From positions 640,001-704,000 of the forward strand of contig CAVXKA010000002.1 in the NCBI GenBank assembly GCA_963762255.1: a stretch of DNA of 64,000 bases, in the 5' to 3' direction. Origin of the DNA: Candidatus Eiseniibacteriota bacterium (lineage in GTDB: Bacteria; Eisenbacteria; RBG-16-71-46; JABDJR01). Made by a program: the position numbers and the translations under genes. Below the pieces are notes generated by a model that made no database searches, had not been told where the DNA came from, and was given only the letters and a program-made list of their open reading frames with translations. Shown here in pieces: positions 10,326 through 19,100 of the stretch. How positions within the stretch are numbered: the stretch's first letter is position 1; each line of letters starts with the position of its first letter.

Positions 10326-11105
10326 TTATCGTGACGAGCCGGGCATGAGGGCGGCGGGATCCTGTTCATAGAACCGAGTCAGCTCGGCATACAGCTCCGG
10401 GTGCTCCCGCCGCATGGCGACCGGCCGCTCGAAGAACGCTTCCGTCACCACCGCGAAGAACTCGGCGGGGTTGGTAGCGCCATAGGCATCGATCACGGAT
10501 TGGTGGCCCTGATGCAGTTCGGCGATCAGGCCTTCGTACTCCCCGCTCAGGACACGCGCCCATTCTCGGTAACGGGCCGGCGGCCCGAGCGCCGGCGCGC
10601 CTTCCATCGCGCCGGACTCACTGTCGATCTGATGGGCGAACTCGTGAAAGACGACGTTGTGCCCGTCCGCGGGATCGACCGCGCCGCTGAGCACGTCCGA
10701 CCACGACAAGACCAACGCGCCTCGCTGCCAGGACTCACCGAGTCGCGCCTGCGGTCCTTCCTCGATGACGCCGCCCGGCTGAACGCGTTTCGACCGGGCT
10801 ATGTAAGCGTGCGGATAAACCAAGATCGACGTGAGCGTCGGATAGAAGTCGGTCCTGCGATGAAGGAGCAGCACCGCCGCCTGCGCGGCGATAGTCACAC
10901 GGATTTCGTCGGTGATCTCCAACCCCGCGCACCCTTCGAATCGCTTCTCGTCCAAGAGCACCTGAGCGACTCCCGCAAGCTCTTTGCGGTCGGCACTGCC
11001 AAGCGACCGAACATAGGGCACGTTGCGGTCAATGATCCGCCACCATGCTTCGGGGAGCGGGCGATCACGGAGTTGGCGACGTCTTCGCGCACGAATTCCA
11101 AACAC
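10326..11105 (-). CDS. MtfA/M90 family zinc peptidase
   Basis: RLGESW, NVVFHEFAHQID, YGATNPAEFFAVVTE.FFE. Confidence 0.9.
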   Translation of the reverse strand: MFGIRARRRRQLRDRPLPEAWWRIIDRNVPYVRSLGSADRKELAGVAQVLLDEKRFEGCAGLEITDEIRVTIAAQAAVLLLHRRTDFYPTLTSILVYPHAYIARSKRVQPGGVIEEGPQARLGESWQRGALVLSWSDVLSGAVDPADGHNVVFHEFAHQIDSESGAMEGAPALGPPARYREWARVLSGEYEGLIAELHQGHQSVIDAYGATNPAEFFAVVTEAFFERPVAMRREHPELYAELTRFYEQDPAALMPGSSR

Positions 11106-11146
11106 GGGTACACCCTTGCGTGAACGGGGTCACTCCCCCGCTGTTC

Positions 11147-13573
11147 CTATTCGGAAGCCGGCCTCCGGGACGTAACGTTGACAACAAAATCAGCGCCCTC
11201 CCAGCGGTCTGCGTCAGGCCAGTAGAACGTGAACCTCACTTGCTTCCCTGCCGGTAGCGCCCGTGTCGGCAGATCGGCGACATGGATGGCCAGTCCGGTA
11301 TCGTGCGAGTCAGTATCACGGACCGTATTCCAGCCGTCGTTACTCCAGTGGATGACCGCGGGGGCGCATGTCTCGATGCGCAGCGTCTTACCGGCCGACA
11401 TGAAACGAATCTTGTGGTTGAAGCGCCACACCGCGTGCGCCGATTCGATCTTGTCCACGAGATACCGCTGCACCGTCTGCGGGGGCATGTCGAAGACCCG
11501 ACCATCCCGTAGTGAACGAAGCAACTTCAGGTACTCGGCATGCGCCCATACCAGCGGCATGGCGGAGCCGGATGGCCGCCCGAAGTACAGCTCCCGTTCC
11601 GCAATGTCCGGAGCGTCCCAAACCTGCTCTGGAAGCAACCCCTCCGCCCCGGCGAAAGACTCTAGAGCCGCCTGAAGCCGCTGGGCCTCTCCGACCCGGC
11701 CAGCAGCCAGTTCGAAGTGGGCCCGCTCGCCGGTCAAGAGCGGCCACACCCGACCGATCCCTGTGCCGTCAAAAGGCTCGCCATCCCTATGCTCGCCATA
11801 GCCGTCGCCGTTGTACCGGTGCCAGATCGGGCCCTGTGCGGTCTCGACCTTGAGCAGCGCGTCGATGACTTTGACCGTGTCGACCATGCGCGGATCATCG
11901 GCTGCGCGCAGACCAAAACGAACCAGAGCGAGGGCATCGGGGCTCACCAAGTGACTGGCAAAACTGCTGGCTCGCTCGAAGGCGACGTTCTTTACCGGAA
12001 CGCTCTTCTGGAAGCGGGACGCTCCCTCTTCCGTCTCCACCGGAGCGATGCGGACGTAGTACCCCGCGACTTCAAACTCCCGGCACCAATCGGTGCCGGT
12101 CACGTACATCCACCGATCGATGGATGCGTTCCAGGCGTCGGCGGTCTCACGCAGGTAGGTCGCGATCGACGGCTCGTGGTGCACCTCGGCCAGATCGGCT
12201 GCGGCCAGGAGCGCTGAGATTTCGGCCGCGACCGTGAACGGCGAGTATCCGGGATCCTCCTCCCATCGGTCCTGCGGGCTGACCGGCCCGTTGTGGATCA
12301 AGTAGACCGCGGCTTGCCGGACCATCGGCCAGAACCTGGCCACGTCGTCCGCGTCCAGTGCGTTCTCGCGCCGAGCCGCATCCACGAGGAGAATCGGCAG
12401 AGCTGTCTCGTCCATCTGAATGCCGTTCCAGTAGGGGGAGCCATCCAGCCACATGTTCTGAGCCCAGTGTCCGTCAGCTTCTTGGGTCGCCTGCAGGTAG
12501 CAGAGGACGCGACGAACCTCCTCGTGGGCACCGGCAGCCAAGAACCCCCCCGCCGACTCCACCAGATCGCGCGGCCAGGTGAGGTGATAGCCGCCCAGGT
12601 CGTTGTCACCCTTGCTGAATCCCCACGGAATGGAAAGGCTGGCGATGATTCCACCGGGGAAGGTGGCCGCCTCGTGAGTGCGTAAGACGGCCGTGCTGAC
12701 TCGGTAGAAATTGTGCCCGCCGGCCGGCCATTGCGTATCGAGCGGCAGCAGCGTCTCCTGCCATTTGCTCCACTCCTCGACATATGCCGATTGCGCGGCG
12801 TCGAAACCGTCCTGAAGGGCCGCGCGGGCTCGGTTACCCGCCTCGGCTGCGTTGCGCCCGAACCCCAGCGCCAGCAGAAACTCTCCGCCCCCCGCATTCA
12901 GGTCGATCTCCGCCGTCAGGGCAATGTTGCCGTTTTCGGCCCGTGTGTACTCCCACGTCATCCGCTTGTGAGACGACAGATCCTGCCAGCCGTCCGAGAA
13001 CCCGACGAACCCCACGGAACGTTTGAGCCAGGGGAAGGAACACGCCAGGGCCAACGCGTTCCCGTCCCGTTCGGCGAACAACATCGGAATGCCCTTGTAC
13101 TCGTCGATCCATCCGGTGTTGCCGGCTCCGTGATTGCCCAAGTGAGGGGCGAGCACTACATGGAGCCGATAGTCCGAAATCCGTCCCCGCTGGGCAACGA
13201 ACCGGGTCTGCTGCAATACGGCCTCTCGCCGAGGATCGGCCACGATCTTCTTTTCGATGCGGTAGCGCCCCTGAAGGCACGTGTTGACCTGAGAGAAGGC
13301 CGGCACGCCGTCGGCCAGCCAGTGCACTTCGCTCCTGGCATCCCGTTTCTCCTCGGAGAAGAAGTCCGCGCCGTTGGTGACGATCAGCCCCATGTCGCGT
13401 ATGCACGCTTCGTCAATCCGGGGATGGTAAATCTCGTTGAAGATCCCGTGGCTCAGCGTGAACCAGACGCGGCTCTTGCTGTGGAGGGAAGTCCCTACCC
13501 CCGACTTGGCACTGGAGGTCCAGCGCGCCGGAATCCCCGGCCACCCCGGTGGGTGGCGTTCCGGTGTATCCAT
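11147..13573 (-). CDS. Glucoamylase/glucodextranase-type GH15
   Basis: PGWPGIPARWTSSAK, ASLSIPWG, GGYHLTWPRD, QMDET, DRWEE, RYNGDGYGE, LPEQVWD, SAMPLVWAHAEY. Confidence 0.92.
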   Translation of the reverse strand: MDTPERHPPGWPGIPARWTSSAKSGVGTSLHSKSRVWFTLSHGIFNEIYHPRIDEACIRDMGLIVTNGADFFSEEKRDARSEVHWLADGVPAFSQVNTCLQGRYRIEKKIVADPRREAVLQQTRFVAQRGRISDYRLHVVLAPHLGNHGAGNTGWIDEYKGIPMLFAERDGNALALACSFPWLKRSVGFVGFSDGWQDLSSHKRMTWEYTRAENGNIALTAEIDLNAGGGEFLLALGFGRNAAEAGNRARAALQDGFDAAQSAYVEEWSKWQETLLPLDTQWPAGGHNFYRVSTAVLRTHEAATFPGGIIASLSIPWGFSKGDNDLGGYHLTWPRDLVESAGGFLAAGAHEEVRRVLCYLQATQEADGHWAQNMWLDGSPYWNGIQMDETALPILLVDAARRENALDADDVARFWPMVRQAAVYLIHNGPVSPQDRWEEDPGYSPFTVAAEISALLAAADLAEVHHEPSIATYLRETADAWNASIDRWMYVTGTDWCREFEVAGYYVRIAPVETEEGASRFQKSVPVKNVAFERASSFASHLVSPDALALVRFGLRAADDPRMVDTVKVIDALLKVETAQGPIWHRYNGDGYGEHRDGEPFDGTGIGRVWPLLTGERAHFELAAGRVGEAQRLQAALESFAGAEGLLPEQVWDAPDIAERELYFGRPSGSAMPLVWAHAEYLKLLRSLRDGRVFDMPPQTVQRYLVDKIESAHAVWRFNHKIRFMSAGKTLRIETCAPAVIHWSNDGWNTVRDTDSHDTGLAIHVADLPTRALPAGKQVRFTFYWPDADRWEGADFVVNVTSRRPASE

Positions 13574-13617
13574 ACCGTCTCCTGTCGCTGCTTCCTGCAT
13601 CAGCCTCTGGCGGGTCT

Positions 13618-14400
13618 TCAACCGCCGTGTGAAAAGTCCGGGTAGTCGGTCATTCCCCCGTCGACGAATATCGTCCGGCCGGTCACGTAGGAGCCGATGT
13701 CCGATGCCAGCACCGCCACGATGCGGGCGACTTCCTGGGGATCGCCGATCCGGTTGAGCGGGATCTTCTCCAGCAAATCCCGCAGATTCTCCGGATCGCT
13801 CCAAACCGCGCGGTTGATCGGGGTCCTGATTGCCCCCGGCGCAACCGCCAGCACGCGAACCCCATGCGGCGCCGCCTCCTGCGCCAGGGTCTTGGTCAGC
13901 ATGCTGACGGCAGCCTTACTGGCCGTGTAGGCGCTGTAGCCAGACCAAGCGATCTCTTCATGCACCGAACTGATGTTCACGATGACGCCATGTTTCTGCG
14001 GCACCATTCGCTTCAGAGCTTCACGAGCACAATAGAAAGCGCCCAGCAGGTTCACCTCGATTACCTTGGTCCAGACGGCAATCTCGGCCTCCCACCCGAA
14101 TGCGCGGCCACCGTCGATGCCGGCATTGTTGACCAGGATGTCGATCCCCCCCCAAGTCGATTCGAGGGTTCCGAACATGGATGCTACGGCCCCGGGGTTG
14201 GATACATCAGCTTGAATGGCCATGGCGACGCCGCCCTGCTCCTTGATCCGCTGCACAAGCGACTCCGCCGTTTCAGGATGGGTGATGTAGTTGATCGCTA
14301 CTCGTGCACCGGCTTCGGCCAGACACAGTACGATCGACTCACCGATGCCGGAATTGCCGCCGGTAACGAGGGCCCGTTTGCGGTCAAGCGAGACGTTCAC
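13618..14400 (-). CDS. SDR, glucose 1-dehydrogenase-like
   Basis: VTGGNSGIG, LVNNAG, SSVHE.I.W, YTASK, PGAIRTPIN, DGGMT.YP.F; GTG start overlapping the aquaporin stop. Confidence 0.85.
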   Translation of the reverse strand: MNVSLDRKRALVTGGNSGIGESIVLCLAEAGARVAINYITHPETAESLVQRIKEQGGVAMAIQADVSNPGAVASMFGTLESTWGGIDILVNNAGIDGGRAFGWEAEIAVWTKVIEVNLLGAFYCAREALKRMVPQKHGVIVNISSVHEEIAWSGYSAYTASKAAVSMLTKTLAQEAAPHGVRVLAVAPGAIRTPINRAVWSDPENLRDLLEKIPLNRIGDPQEVARIVAVLASDIGSYVTGRTIFVDGGMTDYPDFSHGG

Positions 14401-15209
14401 GGTGTTCCCCCCAGTCTTTGAGCACCATCTCTGCCCCTCCACCGAAATACACCGTACCGGTCGTGTCCGAAGTGGTAGAGCTTCGCGACCTCGATCGTGA
14501 ACCACCGAAGACCGGTGAACCGATGCACGGCCGCACCGGCCAGAGTGCCCACGATTGGGCCTACCCAGTAGATCCACCATGCATGCCAGGTCTGGGAGAT
14601 CACCGCCGGCCCGAAGCTTCGCGCCGGATTGGTGCTGGTCCCGGAAACGGGGGCTTCGATGTAGACCATGGCCGCATACAAGATGGGAAAGAGGGCCGGT
14701 GTGAACCGGCGCAATCGACGATGCCCCAAGAAGAAGAACAACCCGACGATGAGGCAGAACGTTGTTGTCGCCTCTCCCAGCAGCGCCCAGCCAGTCCCGT
14801 AATCCGCACCGGGCAAGGTGGCCCCGAAATCCACGCTGCGTCCCATGCGCCCCCAGGCTAGCAACGGCAACGACCCCAATGCTGCGCCCGCAAGCTGTGA
14901 AAGTACATACCCCAAGGCATGACCTGTTCTCAGCTTGCCCATGAGCCAGAACCCCATGGTAACCACGGGATTGATGTGCGCCCCGCTCTCTTTGCCGAGC
15001 GGGGAGAGTGCAATCAGGGCGCCCGTGGTACCGAAGAGGAACCCGGTGACCAGCCGCCGCCAGCCGGGACTGGGAATGACGTGAATGACCGGGCTGCCCT
15101 CGCCGAAGGCCAGGATCACGAAGGACAACCCAACCGCGACAAGCAAGACCGTACCCATCAACTCCGCGCCGAACACTAGCCACGGAACAGATCGCTGAGT
15201 TGGAATCAT
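14397..15209 (-). CDS. MIP/aquaporin family channel
   Basis: AELMGT, SGAHINPVVT and GTSTNPARSFGPA boxes, WIYWVGP; start could be 15245. Confidence 0.9.
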   Translation of the reverse strand: MIPTQRSVPWLVFGAELMGTVLLVAVGLSFVILAFGEGSPVIHVIPSPGWRRLVTGFLFGTTGALIALSPLGKESGAHINPVVTMGFWLMGKLRTGHALGYVLSQLAGAALGSLPLLAWGRMGRSVDFGATLPGADYGTGWALLGEATTTFCLIVGLFFFLGHRRLRRFTPALFPILYAAMVYIEAPVSGTSTNPARSFGPAVISQTWHAWWIYWVGPIVGTLAGAAVHRFTGLRWFTIEVAKLYHFGHDRYGVFRWRGRDGAQRLGGTP

Positions 15210-15246
15210 CGGCCCCCAAGCGGGCCGTTCGACGCCGACTCCCACC

Positions 15247-15825
15247 TCAGTTCGCGGGCACGTAATCCGTCAGATCGTAGGAGACGCCGGAATGCTCCAG
15301 AATCCTGATCGCGCCGACTTCGGGAGCTACAACGTAGGTCATGTCTAGAACGGCGTCGTCTGATATGTCAAAGAAAAACGTGTAGCAGTCGGTGTATGTG
15401 CCCGCAGGAACGGTCACCACATCCGTCTTGCTGATGAGGGTGACGGTGGGAGCCGGCACATCCGTACCTACTGCGTATTCCCAGGACTCTCCGGCGTCCG
15501 CAGTGAAGTCAAAGAGTACTGACTCAAGCGCGCTTGTCTCGGATTTCCGAACGAGTAGACGGCCGCTGTCCATGCGGACCAGTGAGTGCGGGAACAAGGT
15601 TCCGCTGATTTGCGTGTATTCCTTTCCGTCCAGCGTCACCCGTGCAGCAACTGAATCCGATCGCCCCGCGGTGTACTCCCACAGCGTTCCAATGCCCAAC
15701 GGATACATAACATCCAACGAATTAGGTTGGGTCACTTTCTTGTTACAGCCCACAAACATGAAACATGTGAGGAGAATAATGAGAAGCGGTCTCCCGCCAC
15801 TTCCTAATGGCCTCGATGCGATCAT
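15247..15825 (-). CDS. Hypothetical lipoprotein
   Basis: AAGGAGAG RBS; lipobox FVGC; YPL.IG..WEY and VTVPAGTY.DC motifs; visibly lower GC. Confidence 0.7.
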   Translation of the reverse strand: MIASRPLGSGGRPLLIILLTCFMFVGCNKKVTQPNSLDVMYPLGIGTLWEYTAGRSDSVAARVTLDGKEYTQISGTLFPHSLVRMDSGRLLVRKSETSALESVLFDFTADAGESWEYAVGTDVPAPTVTLISKTDVVTVPAGTYTDCYTFFFDISDDAVLDMTYVVAPEVGAIRILEHSGVSYDLTDYVPAN

Positions 15826-15975
15826 CTGGCTCTCCTTTGGGTATGCGTGTATTGAGTCCGTGGCGTCCCCGAGCTTTGTCGCTCCGATATCCATTCTAAG
15901 TCCGCGGGTCAGCATATTCCAGAGTAGGGCGCAGACGGGGTCGGGACGGACGACTCGGGGGATTAAGGCCGCCGA

Positions 15976-16053
15976 TCAGATGCCGAGATCAACCCCGTCG
16001 TCGCGGACTCGTTGGACCACGTCGAAGATCTCCCTGACGAGAATCGGGGCGAG
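15976..16053 (-). pseudogene. Remnant of a LivF-like branched-chain amino acid ABC ATPase
   Basis: Reads LAPILVREIFDVVQRVRDDG, resembling the post-Walker-B segment (GLAPILVREIF..I..I...G); no flanking homology. Confidence 0.45.
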
Positions 16054-16169
16054 GCACTGTCCCCCGCGCCCCGTCACGTTGTTGTAGATTATGGGCTCGT
16101 TGTGACGGAGCCGACGGCCTCCGGGGTTCTTGTCCGACTCGCCCCGAGCCACTCAGATGGAGGAAGACG

Positions 16170-19100
16170 ATGCCGGGATTCACCCCAGGACGACGTTTCC
16201 AGCCGGCCTACCTAAGCTTCATACGCCGGCCGGCTGCTGAGCGCCTGCTCGCGCTCTTGGAACGTCAGACCAAGGGCACGCTGTTCGGCTGCCGCATGTG
16301 CGGCAACTGCCTGCTGCAAGAGACCGCTTTCATCTGCCCGATGGAGTGTCCCAAGGGGCTGCGCAACGGACCTTGCGGCGGCTCCACTCCGGAGGGTTGC
16401 TATGTGGATCCCGGGCGCCCCTGCATCTGGCACCACATCTTCGAGCGCGCCGACCGGATGGGGCGCACCGACCGCCTGATGGAGGTCCTGCCGCCGCTCG
16501 ACTGGGCGCGGGTGGGCCGGGAGACGTGGGGCGAGGTCATCGACGAGGTTCGCCGCCGTGGATTCGGCAAGGCCTTGGCCAGCTTCCTCGCGGGCCGCGA
16601 GCAGCGAGCCGCCTTCTGGGATCCCCTATTTCTCGGTATCCGCCAGCCCGACTGGTGGCAGGGGGACGACGCACCGCACCCTGCGCTGGCACACGCGCCG
16701 GTGTCGCGACTCGAGGAGAAACTGGCGGCCGGCCGCTTAGTCGTCACCTCGGAGGTGGCCCCCCCACTCTCGGTGGCGCCCGAGGAGCTGACCGGCACCC
16801 TGCGCCTCCTGCGTGACTGGATCGACGCGGCCAACTTCACCGACAACCCGTCGGCAACCCCCAGAATGTCTTCGCTGGCTTGCTCGGTGCTGGCCCTGGC
16901 CCAGGGTGTGGAACCGGTGATGCAGGTGGCTGCGCGTGATCGCACCCGTATGGGACTGCAGGCTGAGATTCTGGGCGCTGCGGCGTTGGGCATCCGCAAC
17001 GTTCTCTGCCTGACCGGGGATCATCCCGTCCTGGGTCCCTCGCCGCAAGGACGCATGGACATCTGGGACATCGACTCCATCCAGATGCTCTGGATTCTGC
17101 GCCGCATGCGCGATGCGCGGCAGTACATGGACGGCCGGGCGATCAAGAATCCGCCCGCGCTGTTCCTCGGCGCCGCGGCCTCGCCATTTTCATCCACGCC
17201 GCGGACACAGGCCCTGCGGGAACTCAAGAAGGTTCACGCCGGCGCTCAGTTCTTCCAGAGCAACCTCATCTACGATGTCGAGGGTTTCGAGAGCTACGCG
17301 GAAGCGCTGGACAAGGCGGGTGTGCTCGGAAAGACGCCGTTCCTGGCCGGGATCACGCCAGTGCGCAGCGCGCGCGCGGCGCACGCCATGTCGAAGGTGC
17401 CCGGCGTGAAGATCCCACCGGCCCTCATCGAGCGCCTCGAGAAATCGCGCAACCCCCAGGAGGAGGGGGTGCAGATCGCCCTCGAGATCATCGACCGGGT
17501 CAAGCGCCTGCCGGGGATCAGCGGTTTCCACATCATGGCCGTGGGCTGGGAACTGATCGTGCCGCGGCTCGTCCGCGAATCGGGATTGAAGGAGCCGCCG
17601 GCGCCGACGGGCGACCCCGGCATCTCGATCCGCACACCCACCCGGGCGCCGCGTGCGTCGCGGCCCGCCGAGCGCCCGCCGGCGGAGCACACCGACCGCC
17701 GCTACCTGGACGCGTTGACCTCAAAGGTCCTGGTCTTCGACGGCGCCATGGGCACCGCCATCCAGATGTGCAACCTGACGGCTGCCGACTTCGGCGGCGA
17801 AAAGACGGCCGGCTGCAACGACTACCTGGTCCTCCAGAAGCCCGACGTCATCGAGGGGATCCACGCCTCCTACCTGGAGGCCGGCTGCGACGTGATCGAG
17901 ACCTGCACCTTCCGCGCGAACCGGCAAACCATGGCGGAGTACGGGCTCGAGAACCGCATTCCGGAGATGAACCGCGCGGCGGCGGTGCTGGCGCGCCGAG
18001 CGGCCGACTCCTTCTCTACCGCGGAGCGACCCCGCTTTGTGGCCGGCTCCATCGGCCCCACCGGCATGCTCCCCTCTTCCTCGGATCCCGAGCTGTCAGC
18101 CATCGCGTTCGAGGAGCTGGCCGACATCTTCTCCGAGCAGGCCGAGGCCCTGGTGGAAGGGGGCTGCGATCTCCTCCTCATCGAAACCTCCCAGGACATG
18201 TTGGAGGTCAAGGCCGCCATCATGGGTGTGCAGGACGCTTTCGCCCGGACCGGCAAGAGAATCCCGCTTCAGGTCCAGGTCACCTTGGACGCCACGGGCC
18301 GGATGCTCCTCGGCACCGATGCGGCCGCTGTGCTTGCCACGCTGGAGCGAATGCCGGTGGACGTGCTGGGCATCAACTGCTCCACCGGGCCCGAGCACAT
18401 GCGCGCACCGCTGGCCTATCTGGGCGAGAACTCCTCGAAGCCCGTCTCCTGCCTGCCCAACGCGGGTCTGCCTGAGAACGTCGATGGAGAGGCGGTCTAT
18501 CCGCTCCAGCCGGACGGCTTCGCCGAGGAGATGGCGGACTATGTGGAGCGCTTTGGACTGAACGCGGTGGGCGGCTGCTGCGGCACAACCCCGGAACACA
18601 TCCGCATGCTCGTCGAGCGACTGCACGGCCGAGAGCCCCGGCCTCGGACGGCCCGCCCGCTCTCACTCGTGTCATCAGGAATCACCGTGGCCGACCTGGT
18701 CCAGAACCCGCGTCCGATGCTCATCGGCGAGCGGTTGAACGCCCAGGGGAGCAAGAAGATGAAGGAGCTGCTGCTGGCCGAGGACTACGGCGGCATCGCA
18801 GCCGTGGCCCGGGAGCAGATCGACGGCGGCGCGCACACGCTGGACATCTGTGTGGCGATGACCGAGCGGCGGGACGAGAGCTACCTCATGTCCCGGGTGG
18901 TCCGGACGCTGAGCCAGACGGTGGAGGCGCCGCTGGTCATCGACACCACCGAAGCCGAAGTGCTAGAAGCCGCGCTGCAAGCGGCCCCCGGTCGCATCAT
19001 CGTCAACGCGGTGAACATGGAGAACGGCCGCCATCGTGTGGACACCATGCTGCCGCTGATCCGCGACTACGGCGCCGCCACCATCGCGCTGACCATCGAC

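Noticed and set aside
16040-16169. Possible SAM, SAH or cobalamin riboswitch before the met fusion (TCGGGGCGAG/CTCGCCCCGA and CCGTCAC/GTGACGG stems)
   Set aside because: No consensus core; a likely -10 (TAGATT, 16085-16090) lies inside the stems and the left arm overlaps the LivF-like remnant
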